Positions 53,137 to 63,392 of a DNA stretch of 64,000 bases are shown here, piece by piece. The stretch is taken from contig JBDRFK010000010.1 of the NCBI GenBank assembly GCA_043818835.1, positions 9,507 to 73,506 of the forward strand. The letters run 5' to 3'. The notes beneath the pieces were generated by a model. The model did not search any database. It saw nothing but the letters and a program-made list of their open reading frames with translations, and was not told the DNA's origin. The position numbers and the translations under genes are program-made. Origin of the DNA: a bacterium. Its GTDB lineage: Bacteria; Patescibacteriota; Minisyncoccia; Portnoybacterales; UBA2143. Within the stretch, counting starts at the first letter, position 1; every line of letters starts with the position of its first letter.

Positions 53137-53300
53137 TTGTATTCTTAATTAGTTCTTAAACAATATAATATCATAATAAAATTTAAATCTTAAATGGGTC
53201 AAAAAAGCAGATTATAGACTAATCTGCTTTTTTATTTTTGTGTTTTTGTCCACAGGGTTTGTTCTATGGTATAATTAAAGTGAAAAAGTAAAGAATAATT

Positions 53301-56300
53301 ATGCCGAGCTATTCCGTAAAAAATAAAAAAAGGCTTGTCTTTTCGGCGTTGTTTGATGTCCGTCCAACAACACAAGTTGGTGATTTAGATGTGGTAAAAA
53401 TAAGACAATCTAAACGAATTTTGGATTTACGTGGTCTTAAAAATGCGCAAGAGGAAGAATTGCGACGTAAGGCGATAAGAATAGATTTAATTGAAGAACC
53501 AATAGATCCAAACAAAGGATTAAGCGCAGGTGATCAAATAATATTAGATCGCTTAGAAGCTGATATGGGCACAGATGAAACTGTGCAAAGAGTGTTTCAA
53601 TTATCTAAGATAGAAGAATCAATAAATTCGCAGACACAACCAGCGCCAACACAAATACAAGAAGTTGCAAAAAAAACCTTTATTACACCTAAGCCCGAGG
53701 CAAATATAAAAAAAGAAATTCTTAAAGCAAAACCAAAGAAGCTAACATATCAAATTTCAGAAGAAGAATTAAATAATTTAGATAATGAGTTTGGATTTGA
53801 AACAAATAACAAAAGTACTATCAATAGGCCAGTTTTGGTTAATAGTGAAGAAGATGAGATTGTTTCGTCAGCTGTGGCTCCTCGCAATGACAGTGAAGGT
53901 GAGGGTGATAACGGAGAAAAGAATGCAGTAAAGGAATATTCTAACATACCTGCTATTGAACCAATTAGGAGTCCAATTTTAGTCAGTGATCAGTGTATAG
54001 AAAGATTGCCAACAAAAGAAGAAGTTCTGGCTGATTTAGAAAAAATAGATAATTTAGATATAATACTGAACGATGATCAAAATGTTTTAATAGAAGATAA
54101 TAATGGGAAAGACTTTGTTGTTAGTGCTATTGTCGGCGACCAAAGCAGGATAAAGATAATTAAAAAGCAATTGGAATCAAAAAATATTTCTGATTTAGAA
54201 AAGATTTATTTTCAGGAAGATGGTAGAGATAGTGTATTGATGGATAAAAATATCTTTCAGAAACCGTCTCCAAGAATTAATAATGATCAGGATGAGGTAT
54301 TTGAAGAAGAACCACAGAGTAAATTACAATGGAAAACTCAGTTGGCTAACCATAGTCAATCTTATTGGCCACGATCTTTGACAGGCTTTATAATTACGGG
54401 CATATTAGTGGCTTTAATAATTCCTGGGGCAACGCTGTTAAGTCGAGGATTGGCGATAAAAAGCGAGGTTGTTAATAACGGCGTGGCAGCTATCGGGAAT
54501 TTAATAGCAGCCAAACATTCGGTTGAAGAAACTAATTGGGAGGTGGCTGAGAGAGATTTTGGTTTGGCGCATCAAAACTTTATTCAAGCTAATTCCGAAA
54601 TTGGTAAATTAGGTAAAATAACATTGGGTATTTTGGAACATATGCCGGGCGGTTCTTTAGTTTCGTCTGGTAATCATCTGGTTGGTGTCGGAGAAAATCT
54701 GGCAGAGGCTGGTCAGAAATTATCTTCAGCGGTTGGTTTATTTTCTTTTGACACATGGCTAAGTGAAATTAATATTTCTGAAGAGGACGACAAAGATAAC
54801 AAGACATTAGCAGTAAAAAATAATTCTCTTACTGATATTTTGAGTTCTGGTTATGGTAATTTGGAAGATGCTTTGGAAAATATTCATTTGGCTAATGATG
54901 AATTAAATAAGGTAGATGTTAATTCTTTACCTGTAGAAATGCAAGGAGAAGTGCTTTTATTGAAAGATAAATTGCCGGTTGTGGAAGAGTTATTGAACGG
55001 CGCGGTATCATATTCAAAAGTTCTATTAAAAATTATGGGGAATGACAATCCGCGTCAATATCTATTGTTGTTTCAGAACAACGGCGAGGCGCGAGCGACG
55101 GGTGGCTTTATCGGTACGTATGGGTTATTAAAAATTTATCAAGGTGAGATAAGGCAGCTTTTTATTGATGGTGTTTTTAATGCTGATGGGCAATTGCGAG
55201 AGAAAATTATTCCACCAAAACCAATACAAAAAATTAGCACGGCATGGTCAATGCATGATGCTAACTGGTTTGCCGATTTTCCAACTTCTGCAGAAACAGT
55301 GTCTTGGTTTTATGAAAAAACTGGTGGGCCGACAGTTGATGGTGTGCTCAGTTTTACGCCAATAGTTATAGAGCGTTTACTGGCTATAACTGGCGAGATT
55401 GCTATGCCCGAATATGATGTAATTTTAACGGCTGATAATTTTGTAGAGTTGATACAATACAAAGTAGAAATAGATTATGACAAAGAACTTAATCGTCCTA
55501 AAAAGATTTTGGCTGATTTTGCTCCTAAATTTATTGAAAGATTGAATCAATTGCCTAATGATAAACAAAAAGAAGTAATCAAGGTAATTATAGACTGTTT
55601 AGTCGAAAAGCATATAATGTTTTATTTTAAAGATAGTGATTTAGAAGAATTTACTGTTAATGAGGGTTGGGGTGGACAAGTTTTAGATGCTGATAAAGAT
55701 TATCTTAGTGTTATATCATCCAATATTAATGGGTTTAAGACTGATAGAGTAATTAAGGAGACAATAAATCATCAGGCAGAAATTCAAGATGATGGTTCTA
55801 TAATTGATACGGTGCAAATTACACGTAAGCACGAGGGTGGTGATTTGGAATATGATTGGTGGAATAGGGTTAATGCAAACTATCTAAGAGTTTATGTTCC
55901 TCTTGGCAGCGAACTAATTTCTGCTGAAGGTCATAGTTTAGAATCTTATAATTCACCGATTGACTATGAGGAAAATAATTTCAAAACATATCCATCACTG
56001 AGTCTGATAGAGGATACGCAAAAAACAGATAAAAAGACTGGGACACAAATATTTACTGAAAGTGGCAAAACAGTGTTTGCTAACTGGGCGTATGTTAGTC
56101 CTGGGGAAACTGTGGTTTTGACGTATAAATACAGATTGCCATTTAAAATTAACTTGACCAAATCGGCTGATAGTTATAGTTTGATAGCGCAGAAACAATC
56201 TGGAAGTTTAGGAAGTAATTTTAAATATTCTTTACGGTATCCAGCTGATTGGAATGTATCTTGGCAATATCCGAACGATTTAACGTTATCATCAGGAATT

Positions 56301-56360
56301 GTGAATTATGTTGGTGATCTTGCAAAGGACAAGTTTTTAGGTGTAACTTTTAGTTTTTAA
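53301..56360 (+). CDS. DUF4012-like membrane-anchored protein with long acidic N-terminal region
   Basis: YLLLFQNNGEARATGGFIG, DANWFADFPTSA, YLRVYVPLGS; right-arm repeat at 53856-53891 (EIVSSAVAPRND). Confidence 0.85.
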   Translation: MPSYSVKNKKRLVFSALFDVRPTTQVGDLDVVKIRQSKRILDLRGLKNAQEEELRRKAIRIDLIEEPIDPNKGLSAGDQIILDRLEADMGTDETVQRVFQLSKIEESINSQTQPAPTQIQEVAKKTFITPKPEANIKKEILKAKPKKLTYQISEEELNNLDNEFGFETNNKSTINRPVLVNSEEDEIVSSAVAPRNDSEGEGDNGEKNAVKEYSNIPAIEPIRSPILVSDQCIERLPTKEEVLADLEKIDNLDIILNDDQNVLIEDNNGKDFVVSAIVGDQSRIKIIKKQLESKNISDLEKIYFQEDGRDSVLMDKNIFQKPSPRINNDQDEVFEEEPQSKLQWKTQLANHSQSYWPRSLTGFIITGILVALIIPGATLLSRGLAIKSEVVNNGVAAIGNLIAAKHSVEETNWEVAERDFGLAHQNFIQANSEIGKLGKITLGILEHMPGGSLVSSGNHLVGVGENLAEAGQKLSSAVGLFSFDTWLSEINISEEDDKDNKTLAVKNNSLTDILSSGYGNLEDALENIHLANDELNKVDVNSLPVEMQGEVLLLKDKLPVVEELLNGAVSYSKVLLKIMGNDNPRQYLLLFQNNGEARATGGFIGTYGLLKIYQGEIRQLFIDGVFNADGQLREKIIPPKPIQKISTAWSMHDANWFADFPTSAETVSWFYEKTGGPTVDGVLSFTPIVIERLLAITGEIAMPEYDVILTADNFVELIQYKVEIDYDKELNRPKKILADFAPKFIERLNQLPNDKQKEVIKVIIDCLVEKHIMFYFKDSDLEEFTVNEGWGGQVLDADKDYLSVISSNINGFKTDRVIKETINHQAEIQDDGSIIDTVQITRKHEGGDLEYDWWNRVNANYLRVYVPLGSELISAEGHSLESYNSPIDYEENNFKTYPSLSLIEDTQKTDKKTGTQIFTESGKTVFANWAYVSPGETVVLTYKYRLPFKINLTKSADSYSLIAQKQSGSLGSNFKYSLRYPADWNVSWQYPNDLTLSSGIVNYVGDLAKDKFLGVTFSF

Positions 56361-56366
56361 TTATCA

Positions 56367-57965
56367 ATGATAAAAAAACTTCTTAATAATAAAATAAGCA
56401 CTATTACTATGGCCGCTGTCGTTTTGGGAGCGGCTTCTTTTTTGAGTCGTCTTATTGGTCTTTTTAGAGATAGAATTCTATTGAATATGTTTGGTACGGG
56501 TAGAGAGTTGGATATATATTATGCCGCTTTTCGTATTCCAGATTTTGTTTACGCTTTTTTTATCTTAGGTGTTATCTCGGCAGGCTTTGTTCCTGTGTTC
56601 ATTCATTATCTTCAAAAAGATAAAGAAAAATCGTGGTATTTGGCTAATAATATTTTGAATCTAATTGCTATTGTTTTAATAGTGGTTTGTTTAGTTTTAG
56701 TATTTTTTGTTCCTTATATTGTTCACTTGGTGGCACCCGGGTTTGAAAAAGAGAGCGCAGATATGACAATCAAATTGGCTCGGATTATGTTTTTAAGTCC
56801 GATATTTTTAGGCATCAGCGCTGTTTTCAGTGGGATTTTACAAAGCTTCCGTCGGTTTCTTATATATTCATTAGCGCCGATTATGTATAATTTGGGAATA
56901 ATTTTTGGCGCATTATTTTTGGTAAAATATTTTGGTTTAATTGGTTTGGCTTACGGCGTCGTTCTGGGTGCTTTTTGTCATATGATGATTCAAATTCCGA
57001 CAGCAATTTTTTGTGGGTATAAATGGCGTCCAATATTAAACTTAAAATTTGATGGATTGAAAAGAGTATTAAAGTTAATGCCACCACGGTTTTTGAGTTT
57101 GATTTTTTATCAAATTACTTTCTGGGTTTTTACGGCTATTGCGTCGTTATTGGCAGTGGGGAGCATAGTAATTTATAATACGGCTTATAATATTTTTAGT
57201 TTTCCATTAGGTATATTTGCCTTATCTTATGCAGTGGCGGCTTTTCCGAAATTGTCGGAAAGCGCACAAAAAAAAGATAAGCGAGAATATGTTCGGACTT
57301 TTTCGGCTACCGCACGACAAATATTGTTCTTTATTATTCCAGTTGCGGTTTTGTTTATTATCTTAAGATTACAAATAATTCAGGTGCTATTTTCTGGAGG
57401 TAAGTTTAGTTGGCAAGATACAATGCTGATTGGACAGACTTTGATGTATTTTTGTATTGGTCTTTTTGCAGAAGGTTTGGCTTTGTTTCTGTTGCGTGGG
57501 TTTTTTGCATGGGAAGACACAATAACGCCCTTTGTATTGGCGTTTATTACTATGGTAATTCGTATAGCCAGTGGTTGGTATCTGACCAGATTTTTTGGGG
57601 TTGCTGGTTTGTCTTTAGGATTTGCTATTGGTAGTATTTGTTTTTTTGTGTTGCTTTTAATTTGTTTAAGAAAAAAGGTGGGATTATTGGATGGTAAAAA
57701 TATTTTTAATTCAGCAATTAGAATTGCTATTGCAACATTATTTGCGGGTGGCGTGTCATATTTTATATTAAATCTTTTGACTATAAAAATTCCGGCTATT
57801 GTTCCAATAATGATGCTTTTGAAAGGTGGTATCGCAGGCATTTTAGGTGTTATTATCTATTTTGTTTTTGCTTGGATTTTAAAAATTCCAGAATTTTATT
57901 TATTTGTTTCCTCTTTATCAAGAAAATTGTCTATAAAAAAACTTCCGCCACGACAGGAGATATAG
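56367..57965 (+). CDS. murJ: Lipid II flippase MurJ/MviN
   Basis: SRLIGLFRD, YYAAFRIPD, FVPVF, APIMYN; many TM helices. Confidence 0.95.
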   Translation: MIKKLLNNKISTITMAAVVLGAASFLSRLIGLFRDRILLNMFGTGRELDIYYAAFRIPDFVYAFFILGVISAGFVPVFIHYLQKDKEKSWYLANNILNLIAIVLIVVCLVLVFFVPYIVHLVAPGFEKESADMTIKLARIMFLSPIFLGISAVFSGILQSFRRFLIYSLAPIMYNLGIIFGALFLVKYFGLIGLAYGVVLGAFCHMMIQIPTAIFCGYKWRPILNLKFDGLKRVLKLMPPRFLSLIFYQITFWVFTAIASLLAVGSIVIYNTAYNIFSFPLGIFALSYAVAAFPKLSESAQKKDKREYVRTFSATARQILFFIIPVAVLFIILRLQIIQVLFSGGKFSWQDTMLIGQTLMYFCIGLFAEGLALFLLRGFFAWEDTITPFVLAFITMVIRIASGWYLTRFFGVAGLSLGFAIGSICFFVLLLICLRKKVGLLDGKNIFNSAIRIAIATLFAGGVSYFILNLLTIKIPAIVPIMMLLKGGIAGILGVIIYFVFAWILKIPEFYLFVSSLSRKLSIKKLPPRQEI

Positions 57966-57997
57966 AGTCCTCGTAGAGTACTCCACGAGGACTCTAT
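57962..57997. repeat. 36-bp palindrome, copy 2 (one mismatch to copy 1)
   Basis: ATAGAGTCCTCGTAGAGTACTCCACGAGGACTCTAT; contains the murJ TAG stop codon. Confidence 0.92.
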
Positions 57998-58054
57998 TAT
58001 GCATAGACTAATTATGCCATCTACGCTATTATTTCGAGAAAGAATTTTTACTAT

Positions 58055-58151
58055 GTCATCCTGAGGCAGTAGCCGAAGGATCTCGTGGGAAAAACATAAT
58101 CGTTGTTTGTCTACGGGATTGCCGAGATCCCTACTGGTCACTCGCAATGAC
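58055..58151. repeat. GTCAT...AATGAC element (intergenic, arms from two subtypes)
   Basis: GTCATCCTGAGGCAGTAGCCGAAGGATCTCGT...ACGGGATTGCC...CTCGCAATGAC. Confidence 0.85.
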
Positions 58152-58234
58152 AGAAGAAAGAGAGTTTTTTGGTTCACGTTGTGTGATTTAATTTATAACG
58201 AAATCGCCGCGGGCTTTGCCCGCGGCGAGATGTT

Positions 58235-58978
58235 TTACATATCAAGATTATTACATATATCTCCCAATAAGATATTTTGATTGTTAAGAAGAGTTATTAT
58301 ATCACATAGATTGTTCAAAATTTCTTGATGCTTGAAAAACATCCTGGCAAGGTTTGACAAAGTATTTCTGAAATTCGCTACTTTTGATATATCAGAAATC
58401 ATAAACTTGTTATTCCCAATTTCAGATAATTTTAATGAATTATCTTTTTTATTTTCTGAAAACACAAACAAACAAGTGAATAATTTTGTTAAATTATCTA
58501 AGAACTTTGGTTGAATTTCTTTTTCGTGATCCAAGTCTTTATGGAGTAATATTCTTAGGAGCATGTCTATGCCGGCCTTATCTTCTTGAAATATTCCTTT
58601 GTCAAAAACAGGATAAATAGTAGTATTAATCTTTAAGGTAATCAGATCAAAGTGTCTATTAAAACCTCCTTTAATGATTGATTGTTCTTTAAAATGAAAT
58701 TCACCTAAAAAGGAATTATTGTCTATAAGAATACTATCAATATTATCACTACCATTATAACTAAGAAAATTTACGAATGTTTTTTCTAACATATTTCTTA
58801 TAGATAGTTTAGTTGCAATTTCAACTTCTGCTGGTATGTTTTTATGTTTTATCCAGTTAAAAATTTCTGTTAATTGTTTGAAACTTTTCAAATCTTCTCC
58901 GTCTAACAATAAAATATTTTTGTAAAATATTTTATCTATAATTACATTGCTTTCATTACCGACAATTTTAATAGCCAT
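58235..58978 (-). CDS. Hypothetical protein
   Basis: About 247 aa, AGGAGG SD before MAIKIVG, terminator-like hairpin at 58204-58230. Confidence 0.7.
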   Translation of the reverse strand: MAIKIVGNESNVIIDKIFYKNILLLDGEDLKSFKQLTEIFNWIKHKNIPAEVEIATKLSIRNMLEKTFVNFLSYNGSDNIDSILIDNNSFLGEFHFKEQSIIKGGFNRHFDLITLKINTTIYPVFDKGIFQEDKAGIDMLLRILLHKDLDHEKEIQPKFLDNLTKLFTCLFVFSENKKDNSLKLSEIGNNKFMISDISKVANFRNTLSNLARMFFKHQEILNNLCDIITLLNNQNILLGDICNNLDM

Positions 58979-59050
58979 TCTATCCTCCTTATATATAAAA
59001 ATGTTAAGTTGCAATTTATTTTAGAATAAAGTATGATTAGGTATATGTCA

Positions 59051-60865
59051 ATGAAAAATATTAGGAATTTTTGTATCATTTCTCATATTGATCACGGGAA
59101 GTCAACTTTGGCTGACCGGCTTTTGGAATTGACTGGGACTGTTGAGAAGAGAAAAATGCAAAATCAAGTTTTGGATATGATGGATTTGGAAAGAGAGAAG
59201 GGGATTACGATTAAACTACAGCCAGCAAGGATGGAGTATCAACTGCCACGTCATTCTGAGGGAGCGAAGCGACCGAAGAATCTTGCGCTTATTCGGCGGG
59301 ATTCTTCACTTTTAGCTCAGAATGACGGACAACAGGATGACAAATTCATTCTCAATTTAATTGATACACCGGGTCATGTTGATTTTACTTACGAAGTTTC
59401 AAGAAGTTTAGCAGCGGTGGAGGGCGCTGTTTTATTGGTGGATGCAACACAAGGAATACAGGCGCAGACATTGGCAAATCTGCATTTAGCGCAGAAGCAG
59501 GGTTTGGTGATTATTCCTGTGATCAACAAAATTGACGCGCCTGCGGCGCGCCCAGATGATATTGCTTTAGAAGTTGCGCAATTATTGGATATTGAACCAG
59601 ACGGGATTATTAGAATATCAGCAAAAAATGGAATAAATATAGAACAAGTTGTTGAGGCAATAGTTGAAAAAATTCCAGCGCCAGAAGGTGATGAGAATCA
59701 ACCATTGCAAGCCCTAATTTTTGATTCTAATTATGATTCTTATCAAGGTGTCATTGCTCATGTTCGTATTAAAAACGGGCAAGTAAAAAAAGACCAGAAA
59801 ATTTTTATGAAAGCGTCGCAGGCTACTTCTGGTATTATTGGCATAGGAATTTTTAAACCACGACCTCAAGAGAAAGAAAATTTAACAGCGGGTGAGATTG
59901 GATATATTGCCACAGGATTAAAGGACATCAATATTTGTCGGGTGGGTGATACGATTACTTTGAATAATAATATAAAAGCATTGTCTGGATATCAAGAATC
60001 AAAACCGATGGTCTATGCTAGTTTTTTTCCTATTGATGGTGATGATTTTGATTTGTTGCATGATGCTTTAGGTAAACTGAAAATGAATGATGCGTCTTTG
60101 GATTTTGAATTAGAATCTTCTGATGCTTTGGGGCGTGGTTTTCGTTGTGGATTTTTAGGCTTGTTACATTTAGAAATTATCGGCGAGCGACTACGTCGTG
60201 AATATGATTTAAATTTAGTTATAACAGCGCCTTCGGTATATTATCGTTATACTGATAAATCTAAAACAGGTATGGAAGAGCCGTGGGTAAAATTGGAAGT
60301 TGTTTCTTCTAATGAATATTTAGGAGCAGTAATGAAATTATTAACAGAAGCGGAAGGAGAATATGTTAATACGGAATATTTAAATCCAGAAAAAGTATTA
60401 CTGACCTATAAAGCGCCATTGCGCGAAATTATGACTGATTTTTATGATAAATTAAAAAGCGCTACATCGGGCTATGCTTCTTTAGCTTATCAATTAGACA
60501 ATTATCGTGAAGCAGATTTGGTTAAGCTGGATATTGTAGTGGCTGGGGAAAAGGTAGAAGCTTTTTCCAGATTTGTGGCGCGCAATAAATCTTATCGTGA
60601 AGCAAAATTATTAGTCGAAAAACTAAAAGATTTAATTCCTTCTCATCAATTCAGTATTCCAATTCAAGGTATGGTGGGCAGTAAGGTGATTGCTCGTGAG
60701 ACAATTAAAGCGTTTAGAAAAGATGTTATTGCTGGTCTTTATGGTGGTGACTATACACGCAAAAGAAAACAATTAGAAAAGCAGAAAAAAGGTAAGAAAC
60801 GATTAAAACAATTCGGCAAAGTTTCTATTCCGCAAGAAGTATTTTTAAAGGCTTTAAAAAAATAA
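59051..60865 (+). CDS. lepA: Elongation factor 4 (LepA), with an in-frame repeat insert
   Basis: IRNFCIISHIDHGKSTLADR, DTPGHVDF, GFRCGFLGLLH, YGGDYTRKRK. Confidence 0.98.
   Translation: MKNIRNFCIISHIDHGKSTLADRLLELTGTVEKRKMQNQVLDMMDLEREKGITIKLQPARMEYQLPRHSEGAKRPKNLALIRRDSSLLAQNDGQQDDKFILNLIDTPGHVDFTYEVSRSLAAVEGAVLLVDATQGIQAQTLANLHLAQKQGLVIIPVINKIDAPAARPDDIALEVAQLLDIEPDGIIRISAKNGINIEQVVEAIVEKIPAPEGDENQPLQALIFDSNYDSYQGVIAHVRIKNGQVKKDQKIFMKASQATSGIIGIGIFKPRPQEKENLTAGEIGYIATGLKDINICRVGDTITLNNNIKALSGYQESKPMVYASFFPIDGDDFDLLHDALGKLKMNDASLDFELESSDALGRGFRCGFLGLLHLEIIGERLRREYDLNLVITAPSVYYRYTDKSKTGMEEPWVKLEVVSSNEYLGAVMKLLTEAEGEYVNTEYLNPEKVLLTYKAPLREIMTDFYDKLKSATSGYASLAYQLDNYREADLVKLDIVVAGEKVEAFSRFVARNKSYREAKLLVEKLKDLIPSHQFSIPIQGMVGSKVIARETIKAFRKDVIAGLYGGDYTRKRKQLEKQKKGKKRLKQFGKVSIPQEVFLKALKK
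59249..59326. repeat. Complete palindromic element in-frame inside lepA (26 codons)
   Basis: CGTCATTCTGAGGGAGCGAAGCGACCGAAGAATCT...GGATTCTTC...CTCAGAATGAC; encodes RHSEGAKRPKNL...RDSSLLAQND. Confidence 0.9.
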
Positions 60866-61020
60866 AACCCCTTTTTGGGGTTTTGTTTAATTGATTGCCT
60901 TTCGGCGCCTTGTCGCTATATATTTTCAAATTTAAGGAGGATTGAAAATAAATTAAGATAAAAGAGAAACAACAGAAACGACGGGCGCCGAAAGGCAATA
61001 TTTTATATAAATACTTCTTA
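60864..61020 (-). ncRNA. Candidate structured small RNA
   Basis: Minus-strand TTGACA-N16-TATAAT (61053-61026), about 21-bp GC-rich stem (60894-60915 with 60979-60999), terminator-like hairpin at 60864-60884. Confidence 0.4.
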
Positions 61021-61286
61021 TCCTGATTATATACAAAGCAATAATTTTGTCAACTCCATATAAAAGGATACTCAATATTTATTGCAATAGGGCTGTTTTT
61101 AAAATACAATTATAGTGTAGTGGGGATTCTATTAGAAAAAGAAAGGTGTTGCTAAAAAGGCTACCATTCCGATAGCAACTAAGGTCACGACGATTATTGT
61201 TATTATACGCATAACAATTTTACGATTCATAGGTTTTATAGTCATTCTTAATTAATATCTAAATAAATATTATCACAAATAGTTTA

Positions 61287-61721
61287 ATGGCTCAATCAAA
61301 TAAAAAAACTATAAGGAAAATTCTTGGTTCAAAAACTTTTTTAGTTTTAATTTTATTTGCATTGATTGGAATAGTGTTAAGTGTAGGACGGGAAAGTTAT
61401 AATAAATATCAATTAACCAAAGAAATAAATAAGTTAAAAGGTGATATCGAAAAAATAGAAGGGCGGAATAGCCAGCTTGCCGATTTGATGGACTATTTCT
61501 CAGAAGATTCTTTTTTAGAGAAAGAGGCTAAGGTTAAGTTGAATTTACAAAAGCCGGGTGAGAAAGTAGTTATATTCTCAGATGTCTATAGTGACGATGT
61601 AACGGATAGTGTTAATTCTCAGGAGGCGATAGATAATTCTGATAATCAAGATAACAATGACCGATTGGCAAATTGTTGGAAATGGTGGGAATATTTCTTT
61701 AATCCGCCTCTGGAGGATTAG
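61287..61721 (+). CDS. Septum formation initiator (FtsB/DivIC-like)
   Basis: TM helix, coiled coil, EKEAK.KLNLQKPGEKV. Confidence 0.85.
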   Translation: MAQSNKKTIRKILGSKTFLVLILFALIGIVLSVGRESYNKYQLTKEINKLKGDIEKIEGRNSQLADLMDYFSEDSFLEKEAKVKLNLQKPGEKVVIFSDVYSDDVTDSVNSQEAIDNSDNQDNNDRLANCWKWWEYFFNPPLED

Positions 61722-61727
61722 AATGTC

Positions 61728-61798
61728 GCGAGTGTAGTATAGTGGCAGTATGCGACCTTCCCAAGGTTGAGACGAGGGTTCGATTCCCTTCACTCGCT
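61728..61798 (+). tRNA. tRNA-Gly (CCC)
   Basis: GCGAGTG/CACTCGC acceptor, CGACC-TTCCCAA-GGTTG anticodon arm, GTTCGATTC T-loop. Confidence 0.95.
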
Positions 61799-61806
61799 CT
61801 AGGACT

Positions 61807-61878
61807 GCCAACATAGCTCAGGGGTAGAGCAACTCTTTCGTAAAGAGTAGGTCGGGGGTTCAAATCCCTCTGTTGGCT
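61807..61878 (+). tRNA. tRNA-Thr (CGT)
   Basis: GCCAACA/TGTTGGC acceptor, ACTCT-TTCGTAA-AGAGT anticodon arm, GTTCAAATC T-loop. Confidence 0.95.
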
Positions 61879-61922
61879 CTGGTAAGTATTTTGTCTATTT
61901 CTAAAACTGTGTTAAAATATTT

Positions 61923-62687
61923 ATGAAAGAATTAAAAAACAAATTAATTGGAAAATACGATAAGAATAAAGCTATTGTGTCTATTTATGCTGGAGCGGGT
62001 GGGGCAGATGCGCAGGACTGGGCGGAAATATTGTTGAGGATGTATCTTAGGTATGCTCAAAAAAATAACTGGTCAGCCAAGGTATTGCAAATTAAAGAGG
62101 GTAAAGAGGCGGGGATAAAAAATGTGACCTTGTCTATCAATGAGCCATACACTTATGGATATTTGAAAGGTGAGACAGGTGTGCATCGTTTGGTAAGAAT
62201 TTCTCCATTCAGTTCTGCTAAGTTACGTCATACTTCTTTTGCGATGGTTGATATTTTACCAGAACTTGGAGATATGGGGGAAATAAAAATAGATCCACAA
62301 GATTTAAGAGTTGATACCTATAGGGCCAGTGGTCCGGGTGGGCAGTATGTTAATAAGACAGAATCGGCAGTAAGAATTACACATTTTCCAACGGGCGTTG
62401 TTGTTGCTTGTCAAAGTGAGCGTTTGCAGGGAGAAAATAAGAAACAAGCAATGAAATTGCTTTATGCTAAATTGCATCAACTTTTATTAAAAAGTAAAGA
62501 GAAAGAGATTAGTAAATTGAAAGGCGATGCTGTGTCAATTGAATGGGGGAATCAAATTCGTTCTTATGTTCTACATCCTTATCAGATGATCAAAGACCAT
62601 CGTACAGGCGTAAAAAGTTCCAGTCCTGATAAGGTATTAGATGGTGATTTAGATAAGTTTATTGAAGCAGAAATTAAAAATATTTAA
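61923..62687 (+). CDS. prfB: Peptide chain release factor 2, lacking the N-terminal domain
   Basis: AQDWA, GVHRLVRISPF (SPF), GPGGQYVNKT, WGNQIRSYV; only 254 aa. Confidence 0.9.
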   Translation: MKELKNKLIGKYDKNKAIVSIYAGAGGADAQDWAEILLRMYLRYAQKNNWSAKVLQIKEGKEAGIKNVTLSINEPYTYGYLKGETGVHRLVRISPFSSAKLRHTSFAMVDILPELGDMGEIKIDPQDLRVDTYRASGPGGQYVNKTESAVRITHFPTGVVVACQSERLQGENKKQAMKLLYAKLHQLLLKSKEKEISKLKGDAVSIEWGNQIRSYVLHPYQMIKDHRTGVKSSSPDKVLDGDLDKFIEAEIKNI

Positions 62688-62706
62688 GTGCTTAATTAGC
62701 TATTTT

Positions 62707-63387
62707 ATGATACGTTTTAAACAAGTTTCAAAAATATATCCTCCCAATTGTCATGCTTTAGAGGATATAAATTTAATAATTAAAAGAAGAGAGTTTGTTT
62801 CTATTGCTGGCAAATCAGGTGCTGGCAAATCAACTTTAATTAAATTATTAATTCGTGAAGAAGCTCCATCAGTGGGTCAAGTTTTTTGGGATAAACAAAA
62901 TATTCACCATTTATCTGATAAAGAAATACCACATTGGCGCCGACAGATAGGAATTATATTTCAAGATTTTAAATTATTGCCTAACAAGAATGCCTATGAG
63001 AATATTGCTTTTGCAATGGAAGTTGGTGGTTGGGCTGACGAAGATATTGAACGTGATGTTCCGCAACTATTAAAACTTGTTGGTCTTGAAGAAAAAATGA
63101 ATAACTTTCCAAATCAGCTTTCTGGTGGAGAACAACAGCGTGTGGCAATCGCGCGAGCCTTGGCTCATCGTCCAGAAATATTAATTGCTGATGAACCGAC
63201 AGGTAATTTAGATATTCATCATACATGGGATATTATCCGTCTTCTAATGAAAATTAATGAACTAGGAACAACTGTAATTCTTTCAACTCATAATGTTGAT
63301 GTGATAAATGGATTAGAGCGACGTGTGGTCACCATGGAAAATGGTAAAATAATTAAAGACGAAGTCAAAGGAGAATATAATATATAA
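62707..63387 (+). CDS. ftsE: Cell division ATP-binding protein FtsE
   Basis: GKSGAGKST, FQDFKLL, LSGGEQQRV, ADEPTGNLD; upstream of ftsX. Confidence 0.93.
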   Translation: MIRFKQVSKIYPPNCHALEDINLIIKRREFVSIAGKSGAGKSTLIKLLIREEAPSVGQVFWDKQNIHHLSDKEIPHWRRQIGIIFQDFKLLPNKNAYENIAFAMEVGGWADEDIERDVPQLLKLVGLEEKMNNFPNQLSGGEQQRVAIARALAHRPEILIADEPTGNLDIHHTWDIIRLLMKINELGTTVILSTHNVDVINGLERRVVTMENGKIIKDEVKGEYNI

Positions 63388-63392
63388 ATATT

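Noticed and set aside
57896-58177. 93-aa minus-strand ORF
   Set aside because: It is mostly translated palindromic repeats (LSLRV..., EILRLLPQDD, STLRGL), not a credible gene.
36010-59326. Inteins or self-splicing introns as the explanation for in-frame inserts
   Set aside because: Inserts are only 12-34 codons, lack intein terminal motifs (C/S start, HN end) and group I/II intron cores, and match intergenic palindromic repeats.
61578-61814. 78-aa minus-strand ORF (ERVKGIEPSSQPWEGRILP)
   Set aside because: This is the typical antisense translation of tRNA-Gly.
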